This document shows positions 53,591 through 64,000 of a stretch of 64,000 bases of DNA, piece after piece (position 1 is the stretch's first letter; each line of letters starts with the position of its first letter). The stretch is from Heterodontus francisci (taxonomy: Eukaryota), in contig NC_090417.1 of the NCBI RefSeq assembly GCF_036365525.1, positions 434,001 to 498,000 of the forward strand, read 5' to 3'. The notes beneath the pieces are model-generated. The model was given only the letters and a program-made list of their open reading frames with translations. It searched no databases and was not told the DNA's origin. A program made the translations under genes and the position numbers.

Positions 53591-55039
53591 CTGGGGCTGG
53601 AAATTGGGCAGAAGCTGGAACTGGCCCACTGACTCAGGGTGCACTACACCTGCTCTATCCAGTTCCACCATGAAGGTAAGTAAAAACATTCAAACTTACC
53701 TTTCCATTGGCACCCTCCCTTTAAAGACCTGTTTCGCCAGCCAAGCACCGAGAGAAATTGACAGCAGCAGGCATGGCACATTCTTTTGCCATCTTTTTTA
53801 TTGTAGGAGCCAGCTCGTCTGAAACTATCTCCCGTACTCATTTCTAATATTTTATTCTCAGTGGGTCAGGCTGGCAAGTCTGCAGTTATGGCCCAACCTT
53901 CATTACGAGCTTTTGATGACAGCTTTCAGCGTAATCAGTCTGTTTTCTCCCTCTATATTCGCTCTGTGTTTGACGTGTTACTTCAGTGTTAAGCAAGGGA
54001 AGTGGACTTTGTACAGAAGAGATCCGCAGAGATGGGATTTGTGAAATTAATTTTACGCAAGATAAACCGTCCCAGAAACTCATCTGAAGCTGCTTACCGT
54101 TCCTCGAACTCACCCCCGTAAACGTCCAATATACAGGTTATGTTACTGGACTAATAACCCAGAGAACATAAATTGAAATCCCACTGTGACCTTTGACGCT
54201 GTTGGATTGTTGTAAAAACTGAATTATTTCACTGATATCCTTTAAGGCAGGAAACCAACTGTCTTTGCCCAGTCCGCATCCAAAGTTGCTGACTGTTAAC
54301 CACCCTCTGCAGTAGTCTAGCAAGCTACTCAGTTATATCAAACTGCTACAAAGAAGCAATTGGGGAGGGCAATGGTTAAAGAAGACAGTTCACTGCCATT
54401 CTTCTCAACTAGAGATGGACAGTCAGTGGCAAATATTCCTTTACACAGAGGGTGATCAATGGGAATAAGTTGGTCGGAAGGGAAGTGAGGGACAGTGAAA
54501 AAAAAACAGTTGAATACTGGTGGGGAAACGGTGGGCTTGTATTGTGGGAAATGGGCTGAAGGTCCTTCATCCAAACGTGTCTTGTGATGTTGTGGGAGCT
54601 GCGTGAATGTGAGCCAGTGTGGTCTGTCTCAATTACATGCCGACGCGACCAACTCGATTCAACCAAGGAAAAAGGGGCAGTTTTAACAGCTCTTTGAAGT
54701 ATCAAAGTGGAAAAATAATTGTGGTCAGTTTAGACAGCTTTTTAACAAAGTCTTCTGGTGATTATTTTTAATGATGGTTTCATGCAAATAGTAAACTCCA
54801 GTGAAAGTGTCAGAACGGGTTTGTAGAAGCTATTGATTCCAGCAGACAGACACACACTGTCGGAAGGACAAAATGACCAAAGTGGTTAATGGTTGTATCG
54901 CTGTTGGCGGTAAATTAACTTCCTCTTGGGAATCAAAAAAAAACGCAAGCAAATAAGGCAAGCTTGAACCAAGTCGAGCAAAAAAAGTCAACTTCACCAT
55001 TAAGTGGTTTTCAAACTCCACCTAGTGACCGACTTACTC

Positions 55040-57068
55040 ATAGCCAGTCGAGTCAAGTCTGCTCTGGAGTTGGTGATTCACCCCGATCAGACCTGTACTG
55101 TACCCGGCAGGAAGATCTCTGATAGTCTCGCGCTACTCAGGGATACGATCGCCTACGTACGGGACAGGAGGGTGGACGCCTGCCTCATCAGCCTGGACCA
55201 GGAGAAGGCTTTTGACAGGATATCGCACACCTACATGATGGACGTGCTTTCCAAAATGGGGTTTGGGGAGGGAATCTGCAATTGGATCCAACTGCTCTAC
55301 ACAAACATCAGTAGCGCAGTCTCAATCAACGGGTGGGAATCTGAAAGTTTCCCGATCAAATCTAGAGTCAGACAGGGCTGCCCTCTGTCCCCGGTCTTGT
55401 TTGTTTGCTGTATTGAACCCTTTGCTGAGTCTATTAGGAAGGATGCGAGCATAAGAGGGGTGACAATCCCAGGCAGCGGAGGCACTCAGGTCAAAACCTC
55501 CCTGTACATGGATGACGTCGCCGTTTTCTGCTCGGATCCGCTGTCCGTGCGCAGACTGATGAGCATCTGCGACCAGTTCGAACTGGCCTCGGAAGCCAAA
55601 GTTAACCACGGCAAGAGCGAGGCCATGTTCTTTGGCAACTGGGCTGACCGATCCTTTGTCCCCTTCACCCTCAGGTCAGATTACCTGAAGGTGCTGGGGA
55701 TATGGTTAGAAAGGGCCGGGGCGTGCCCCAAAACATGGGAGGAGCGAGTAGCCAAGGTACGACAAAAGTTGGGCATGTGGGGGCAGCGATCTCTCTCCAT
55801 TGTGGGTAAGAACCTGGTCATCAGGTGCGAGGCGCTCACGTTGTTGCTCTACGTGGCGCAGGTCTGGCCCATACCCCACTCCTGCGCCGTGGCAGTCACC
55901 CGAGCCATTTTCTGCTTCGTCTGGGGATCTAAAATGGACCGGGTCCGGAGGGACACGATGTTCAAATCTCTGGACAAGGGCGGGAAAAATGTACCCAACG
56001 TGGCCCTCATCCTGATGACCACCTTTGTGTGCGGCTGCATCAAGCTGTGTGTAGATCCCCAGTACGCAAACTCCAAGTGTCACTACGTGCTGAGGTTCTA
56101 TCTGTCCCCGGTGTTGCGAAGGATGGGCCTGGTCACATTGCCGCGGAACGCTCCATGCAGTTGGGCGGTGCCGTACCACCTATCCTTCGTGGAGCAGTTT
56201 CTGCGGGAAAACACTTTTGACCACCGGTCCATCAGGCAGTGGTCTGCACGGAATGTCCTCAAGGCCCTACGGGAAAAGGAAACGGTGGATCCTGTCGGAT
56301 GGTTCCCCGAGCAGACCGTCAAAGTCATTTGGCGGAATGCCTCATCACCAGAACTTTCAAACAAGCACCAAGACGTAGCTTGGCTGGTGGTGAGAAGGGC
56401 CCTCCCCGTCAGATCCTTCATGCACACCCGAAGTCTCGCCCCCTCCGCACAATGCCCCCGCGTTGGCTGTGGTGGGGAAGAGACGGTCGCCCACCTCCTC
56501 CTGGAATGTGCCTTTGCAAAGCAGGTGTGGAGAGAGACGCAGTGGTTTTTGTCAAGGTTCATCCCAAGCAGCTCTGTAACACAGGAGTCTGTGCTCTACG
56601 GGCTGTTCCCAGGGACGCACACCGAGACAAACATCAACTGCTGCTGGAGGACTATCAATTCGGTGAAAGACGCCCTTTGGTCTGCCCGAAACTTGCTGGT
56701 CTTCCAGCGCAAAGAGTGGTCCACCACCGAATGTTGCAGACTGGCACATTCCAAGGTCCAGGACTACGCGCTGAGGGACGCACTAAAGCTTGGGGCAGCC
56801 GCAGCAAAGGCTCAATGGGGAAAGACCACAGTGTAAGGTTTCCCCCCACCAAGCTGGACTGAGGGGCTGGAACCATGGGAAGCCCCTCGAACTGTATCGT
56901 TAATATTCTCAATTGCTGTAAATGTAAAACTGTAATTGACATGACAATTGTGAAACGGAAGGGTTGGGAAGAAACTCATGACAGTATTGAAGGAAACTGA
57001 TCTCCCTTGCAATGTTTGTATTTTTTGGTGCTGTTTGGAAACTGTTTGGCAATGTAATTTTTACAGAT
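55040..57068 (+). mobile_element. Tx1/L1-clade LINE, 5'-truncated ORF2 with intact frame plus 3' UTR
   Basis: ORF to 56836: LDQEKAFDRISH, VRQGCPLSP, YMDD, C-terminal CPRVGCGGEETVAHLLLEC. Confidence 0.93.
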
Positions 57069-59164
57069 CTTAAAATGATCCCCAATTGTTCTGGAAATTG
57101 TTTTTCGGTATCTACCCTATTGAACCCTTTTATCTTCTCTCGATCTTCTATAGCCAAGGAAATACAAGCCAAGTTTATGCACCCTGTCCTCAGTTTAGCT
57201 ACTTCAAGCCCAATACCATTCTGGCCAGTCTACACTGTACCCACTCCAAGGCCATTCTGTCCTTCCTGCCTAGAACTGAATGCAGTACTCCATATCTGCT
57301 CAGACTAAGGCTGGACACAACTGAATCATAACATCCTCCCTCTTTTCACCCTCCAGCTCCCTTGAGATAATGGTCAGCTTTCCATTGGCCTTTTTGATTG
57401 ATTTTTGTACCCGTCGACTACTTTTCCGTGATTTATACACATAAGACCCAAATCCGCTTGCTCCTGCACAGCTCCTCGTTTCTCAAAGTGATTGTCCCAA
57501 ATTGCTCCTGGGTCGAGAGAGAAAAACTTGATATGGTTGCATGAAGCATTTATATGACAACACCGCACATGGTCATTTTCTACCTTTAAAAGACCACAGT
57601 GTAAGGTTCCCCCCACCAAGCTGGACATATTGCTACATCAGATTTTCTATCGATACTATATTAAACTGGCTATGTATGTCATGCACTCCTTTTGTGAGCG
57701 TCACCCTTCTGCAGCTGCATGCAGCAAACAATTCATTTCGGTGGGGTGTCTTCTCTTGGTGCATCTTTGCTGACGGCTGTGAAGGCCAATAGCTGGGAGG
57801 CAGGTTCTGCCACAAGTGCTGCACGTGAAAGCTGCCAAGTGACGCTGTGAGCTGTTGTTTTAGGCATGTGTTGCCAAGCTGCTGCAGCCACTGGTAGTGC
57901 ACACCAGTCCACAGGATGTGTCGCAATTTCCCTCTTTCGCCAGCTAGTGACTCCCCGGGGGGGGGGGGGGGCGACTGTCAGCATTTAGGGCCTTCATGTC
58001 GCGCTTGCGTACATCCTTGAAGCGCCCCACTGGTCATCTGGCCCCGGCTACCTCACCGCACTGAAGGTACGCAACCATCTTCCATCCTGCGGACGTGTCC
58101 GATCCACCGAAGCCGCCTCTGTTTGATTAGTGCCAACACACTTGGGAGCTCTGCCTTTGAGAGGACTGCCGCATTAGTGATTTTGTCCTGCCCAGGATAT
58201 GCCCGTAATGTGCTGAACAAAGAACAAAGAAAATTACAGCACAGGAACAGGCCCTTCGGCCCTCCAAGCTTGTGCCGATCCAGATCCTCTATCTAAACAT
58301 GACGCCTATTTTCTAAGGGTCTGTATCTCTTTGCTTCCTGCCCATTCATGCACCTGTCTAGATACATCTTAAAAGACGCTATCGTGCCCGCGTCTACCAC
58401 CTCCGCTGGTAACGCGTTCCAGGCACCCACCACCCTCTGCGTAAAGAACTTTCCACGCGTATCCCATGGAAATTATTGAACTGCTTTTCCTGGTAACTGT
58501 AAGTTGCTGAGAGTGCAGGTCTGATAAACCATCAGTTTGGTCCCAAGGGTCAGCTTGGTGCTATCCCATGCACATTTCGCGAGTCAAAGAGGTAGGTTTT
58601 AAGGAATGTCTTAAAGGCGGAGAGAGATACAGAGGCAGAGATGTTTAGGGAGAGACTTTCAGAGCTTAGGGTCAAGGCAGCTGAAGGCACAGCCGAAAAA
58701 TGGTGCAGCATTTAAGATCAGAGATGCGCAAGTGGCCAGAATTGGCACTCCAGGGCTTAAACACAAGTATCAGCAGTGACACTCCAGTTTAGTAGTGAGG
58801 GAGTGCTGCACTGTCAGAGGTGCTTTTGGATGAAATGCTCGACCATAAGTCTCCATCTGCCTGCTTCAGTGGATGGATAAGGTCCCATGTGTGTGGGAGC
58901 TTGCGGTGCGCAAATGGGCTGCTGTGCTCCCCTGCATTACAACAGTGACTCCATTTCATTGGCCCTCAAGCGCTTTGAGACATCCAGTGGTCGCGAAAGG
59001 CGCTATGCAAATGCAAGTCTTTGAGAGGGTAGGTTATCATTTAGGGCCAGAAAGGCGGGTTGTTCGAATGGAAACCTGTTTGTTCTTGGGATTAAACACA
59101 TTTTAAACAGGGGAGGAACCCACAGCAGGTGAAACCAGCATTCTGTGTGGAGGACCAGACAGCC

Positions 59165-59470
59165 CCTACCTCAGCTCCAGCGCCCATCTTCAGGCCCGAA
59201 CAGCCGCGTTGCTCGGGTTACCGTTGCCCGGTGACGGCAAGGCGGCGGCGCTCCGATTGGGCGAGCGCCGGTCACGTGGCTCCCGCCAACCAAACGGCGG
59301 GGGAGGGGCGTGAACGTCCCGCCTTCCCCCTGCCGCTGATTGGCCCGTTGCCGCCGGCCGGGTGCAGCGATTGGTCGATTCCGGCTGTCAATCACCGCCG
59401 CCCGCGGCGGTGGTGGTGGGGGAGGGGAGTGAGGTGGCAGCTGCGGGCGCCGGCTGCTCCAAAATGGCGT
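59165..59470 (+). promoter_or_regulatory. CpG-island promoter of RNF181
   Basis: CpG dense; GATTGG (CCAAT) at 59255, 59338 and 59369; GTCACGTGG E-box at 59271; GGGGAGGGGCG GC-box near 59300; YY1-like AAAATGGCG over the ATG. Confidence 0.8.
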
Positions 59471-59549
59471 CTTACTTCGAGGAACATGACTGCGAGCCCA
59501 CGAACCCCGAGGAGCAGTACCGGCAGAACGCGTTGTTGGAGTTGGCCAG
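59464..59549 (+). CDS. RNF181: E3 ubiquitin ligase RNF181 exon 1
   Basis: [28 protein letters not shown](R), donor AG|gtagag. Confidence 0.95.
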
Positions 59550-59792
59550 GTAGAGCTTCCTTCCCAGCGCCCTGCCTCTGAAGGACATGATGAGGGAAGG
59601 CTGTGGGATCGTCAGTGAGGCACGGGCCCTACAGGCCAATTGCCAAGTGATTCTAACTCACACCAAGTGCCCTTTTCCTATCACCCTCTGTGCACACTGA
59701 CCGACACTGGCTTCTGGTCAAGCAACGCCTTGATTTTAAAATTCTTATCCTTGTGTTCAAATCCCTCCATGGCCTCGCCCCCCCTCCTCTCC

Positions 59793-60022
59793 NNNNNNNN
59801 NNNNNNNNNNNNNNNNNNNNNNNNNNNNNNNNNNNNNNNNNNNNNNNNNNNNNNNNNNNNNNNNNNNNNNNNNNNNNNNNNNNNNNNNNNNNNNNNNNNN
59901 NNNNNNNNNNNNNNNNNNNNNNNNNNNNNNNNNNNNNNNNNNNNNNNNNNNNNNNNNNNNNNNNNNNNNNNNNNNNNNNNNNNNNNNNNNNNNNNNNNNN
60001 NNNNNNNNNNNNNNNNNNNNNN
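59793..60022. other. Assembly gap (230 N)
   Basis: N run. Confidence 1.
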
Positions 60023-60340
60023 CTCCCCTCTCCCCCCTCCTCCTCTCCCCCCCCTCCCCTCTCCCCCCCCCTCTCCCCCCCCTCCTCCTCTCCCCCCCCC
60101 TCCCCTCTCCCCCCCCCTCCCCTCTCCCCCCCCCCCTCCCCTCTCCCCCCCCCTCCCCTCTCCCCCCCCCCTCCCCTCTCCCCCCCCCCTCCCCTCTCCC
60201 CTCTCCCCCCTCCCCTCTCCCCCCTCTCCCCCCCCTCCCCTCTCCCCCCCCCCTCCCCTCTCCCCCCCCCTCCCCTCTCCCCCCCCCTCCCCTCTCCTCT
60301 CCCCCCCCCCCCTCCCCTCTCCCCCCCCCCCCCCCCCTCC
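60023..60340. repeat. Pure C/T low-complexity tract
   Basis: (CnTCCCCTCT)n, no purines on the + strand. Confidence 0.95.
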
Positions 60341-62063
60341 GGCTCTCCTACATTCACTCGTAACTATGCATTGGCCAAACTGGTTTTTCTGGGATAGAGG
60401 CTTTTGTCCAGCCTTTTAGCTGTTCTTGTGCTTTGTTTTGAGGAGATTTTGAAGCAGGTTAGAGAGTTGGGGAAAAAAAAGGATTTTGGAGACCCAGAGC
60501 TGAAGGGTGGAGCAGAGGGAGAGGTGGACAGAGTAAGAGTGAAAGATGTATGCAAGGCTCAATAAGGTTGCAGAGATGTGTGAGGCTATGAAAGGATTGT
60601 AGAGGAGGACAGCGATTTTGAAATTGATGCATTAGGGAGCTAATGAAGGATGACAGGGTTGATCTGTGGATGGAACATGACATGGATAAGATAGGATGTT
60701 TTCAACAATTATAGAATATGCAGCACTGAAACAGGCCCTTCGGCCCACCGAGTCTGTGCTGACCATTAACCACCCATTTATACTAATCCTACACTAATCC
60801 CATATTTCTACCACATCCTCACCTGTCCCTATATTCCCCTACCACCTACCTATACTAGTGGCAATTTATAATGGCCAATTCACCTATCAACCTGCAAGTC
60901 TTTTGGCTGTGGGAGGAAACCGGAGCACCCGGCGGGTGCTACCTATCTTGTATTTTATGGCCCCTGCCAAATGGAAATATTCTCTCCACGTCTGTCCTGT
61001 CCAATCTGTTCAAAGTTTTGAAGATCTGTATCTCTTTTCTGAAGAAAAGAACCTCAACTGGGTTAATCGTTCCCCATCTCTCAGTTGTAGGGCCGTCCTT
61101 GTAAGTCTTTTCTGCACTTTCTCTCATGTTTCTATGTCCTTTTTATCGTAAGAACTCTGCAGAGCATGGCTTGACAGGGTTCAACACCGCTTCACAACTT
61201 TGAATTAACCCGTGTTTCCAATGGGAGTGAACGTGAGATAGGGACAAAGGTATGCTGGGATGTTGAGTTTGAAGTTTAGATCAGAGTTAAGCTTGGGTGC
61301 TGCTGTTCTCAGCCTGAGTGCCTGTCAGGCAGGTGGATGGAATGGGGGCTTTAACGCCCCTTCTTTGTCCCCTCTGCTACTGCAGCCCAGCTCGAGCTGG
61401 GTTTCTGGAGTCGTACCTCAACCTTGCTCCTGAAGCCAAAAAAAAATATATTGGCAAGTAAAATCAAGGAATCCCAAAGATGTTTTATAAATACATAAAG
61501 AGCAAGAGGATAACAAAGGAAAGAGTAAGGCCTATTGGAGACAAAATGGGAACGTGTATGTGGAGGCTTAAGACGTGGGCATGGTAATATTTTGCATCTG
61601 TCTTCGCTGAAGAGGGGCATGATGCAGTTAAGGGGGAATGAAATGTTTCGTGGGATAAACCTAGTGAGGGAGGAAATATTAAGGGGTTCAGAATTTGTGT
61701 GTCCCAGGAGAAGCAAGGGAGGAAATAGTGAAAGGTTTGAGACATCTTTTTCCAATCCCCTCTGGATACATGTCTGGCGTTGGAGAGCTGCTAATGCGCT
61801 GTGTTCAAAAAGGGCTAGACTAACCTCAGCAGTGGGGAGATTTAATTGAGGTGTGTAAAATTGAGGGGCCTAGATAGAGTGGATAGGAAGGACCTATTTC
61901 CCCAAGCAGAGAGGTCAATAACCAGGGGGGCATAGGATTTATCTTGCTAAGCTAAACGATTCATTTACTGCCTGCCTTCTGTCTGTAGGATGTTTGTTTT
62001 GTGTTAATGAAATAATGAAGTATATTAGCAATAAAGCATTTTCCGTCATGTGTCTGTTTTTAG

Positions 62064-62197
62064 GTCTCTGTTGGCGGGAATAGATGTGGACCTTGGACAA
62101 GTCGATGTTTCGGACTGGGATCACAGACTGCCACCTGCTGCGAAAAAGGAGATTGTACAGAATCTCCTAACAGTCCCTGTGACGCCAGAACAAGCAG
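62064..62197 (+). CDS. RNF181: RNF181 exon 2 (RING exons not found in the window)
   Basis: ttttag|G TCT...GCA G|gtagga; SLLAGIDVDLGQVDVSDWDHRLPPAAKKEIVQNLLTVPVTPEQA. Confidence 0.93.
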
Positions 62198-62329
62198 GTA
62201 GGAGTCTCGGGTCAGGGGCAGTGGTAGCTGGAATTAGCAGAGTCCACAGTTCAATCCTGTTCGTGCCAGGGCGTGGAGTGTACCAAAGTGTAACTGGTCA
62301 CGTGAACACTATGTGCATTACAGTTCAGA

Positions 62330-63055
62330 AAGTTCGAGGTTCTCGGCAGAGAAAGAGGCCCTTTGGCCCATCAGGTCCATGCTGGCTCTCGAAAGAGCAA
62401 TCCAGTCAGTCCCATTCCTCCGCTCTATCCCCATCGCCCTGCAAGCTGATTTCCCTCATTGCCCATCCAATTTTCGTCTTCACTTCCTTCACCCTTGTAG
62501 ACTGTGTGTTTTGGGTCATTACCACTCGCTGTGTTTTTAAAAAAAAAAGTTCTTCCTCATATCCCCCCCCCTGCATCTCTTTCCCAAAACCTTCAAACTG
62601 TGTCCCCTAGTCCTCCTTCCATCAGCTATTGGGAACAGCCTTTCTTTGTCTCCCTTATCTAAGTCTGTCGTAATCTTGTACACCTCTATCAGATCTCCCC
62701 TCAATCTCCTTTGCTCCAAGGAGAGCAACCCGCAGCTTCTCCAGACTAACCTTGTAGCTAAAATCCCCCATCCCTGGAACCATTCTGGTAAATCTTCGCT
62801 GCACCCTCTCATGGACCCCCACATCCTTCCTAAATTGTGGTGACCAGAACTGCACACAGTACTCCAGTTGGGGCCCAACCAGAGCTTTCTAAAGGTTCAG
62901 CATAATTTCCCTACTTTTGTACTCGATGCCTCTATTTATGAAGCCTAAGATCACATATGTTTTGCCAACTACTCTCTCAATATGTCCTACCACTTTCAAA
63001 GGTCGATGCACACGAGCCCCCAGGTCCCTCTGTCCCTGTAACACTTTAGAACTTC
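62330..63055 (-). mobile_element. CR1 LINE 3' fragment in RNF181 intron 2
   Basis: QFWSP, VQRRFTRMVPG, RRLRGDLIEVYK. Confidence 0.85.
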
Positions 63056-63699
63056 TCTCAGGTGGCTGAGCAGAATGGATGCTACAATTGGCCTGCATTC
63101 TCTAGGCAAAGAACGGTGGGGGGGGGGGAAATGAACACCTACTCTTGGCCAGTATTCTGTCCTCCCTGCCTGACAGTGTGACATGTGTGCCTGTGGAGGG
63201 CAGCATTGAATTGACTGTGCGCTGGTCCATGGAAAATTACCATGTGACACTGTCCAGACTCTCGCGCTACACATTAGTCATCATGGCAGAACTGATCACC
63301 TCCTGTTCCGAAGATCCTGACTGGTGATTACAGCTGTGCAACTGAAATCTTACAAGGATTCAGCGCCGGGAGGATAGTAGATGACGGGAAAAGGAGTGGG
63401 GCACAAAGGAGGAGAAACCGCCAGGGAGGGATCAGTGGAGCAGGAAAGCACAGAAAGAAAAAGTTTGGGCATGGACCGACAACAAACCATACGTTACAAA
63501 CCGTTCTACTTCTAACCTAACCATCAACCTGCCCGAGTGCAGCTGATCAGTTTGTTATCGGAGTTGTCTCGTCTTCGGATCATTCCAAAGGCGGAAGGTG
63601 CGAAGCTGAAGCTGTCCGGGATCTTGAGGTCGGTTTCCTCTATTAAGCAGACTCTGTTCTCGCAGTTATAGGGTAGAAAGTTGTCGGTGAATTGCTGCA

Positions 63700-64000
63700 G
63701 GAGTTCCGAGTGTCCGAGGCCCAACCATTGTCAGCTGCTTCATCGGTGACCTTCCCTCCATCGCAATGCCAGAAGTGGGGATGCTCACTGATAATTGCGC
63801 AATGTTCAGCATCATTTGCGACTCCTCAGATAATTTGCAGCAGCCCATGTCCATATGCGACAAGATCCAGGCTTGGGCTGATAAGTGGCAAGTGACATTC
63901 ATGCTGCACAAATCCCAGGCAATGACCATCTCCAAGGAGAGAGATTCTAACCATCTCCCCTTGACGTTCAGTGGCATTACCGCCATCAACATCCTGATGA
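63700..64000 (+). mobile_element. Zenon-like LINE fragment
   Basis: Similar to 43275-43590. Confidence 0.8.

Noticed and set aside
59255-59279. ER-stress element (ERSE) in the RNF181 promoter
   Set aside because: Order and spacing of ATTGG and CACGTGG do not fit CCAAT-N9-CCACG or ATTGG-N-CCACG
59640-60419. Long Pro-rich and Gly/Glu-rich ORFs
   Set aside because: Translation of an N gap and a C/T low-complexity tract
63480-63700. CpG-rich patch as RNF181 RING exon 3
   Set aside because: No CxxC/RING-H2 residues in frames I could read

Overview
Eukaryotic, repeat-rich vertebrate DNA, most likely a cartilaginous fish (shark), inferred from HE1/V-SINE and Deu-type SINEs and the CR1/Penelope families. 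It carries the conserved gene block GGCX(-) / VAMP8(+) / VAMP5(+) / RNF181(+). I resolved GT-AG-bounded coding exons for the 5' part of GGCX (exons 2-5 plus a candidate exon 1), all of VAMP8 and VAMP5, and RNF181 exons 1-2. Most other sequence is retroelement debris: CR1, a second CR1-group family, L2, RTE, an open 5'-truncated Tx1/L1 ORF2, Penelope-like ends with minimal hammerhead ribozymes, solo LTRs and SINEs. I found no clearly new multi-gene system. The best leads are a GAS plus triple-IRF module around VAMP5 exon 1, three hammerhead motifs, an AG-free minisatellite forming the VAMP8 exon 2 acceptor region, and a weak possible third VAMP relic. Repeat boundaries are by eye unless a TSD is quoted.
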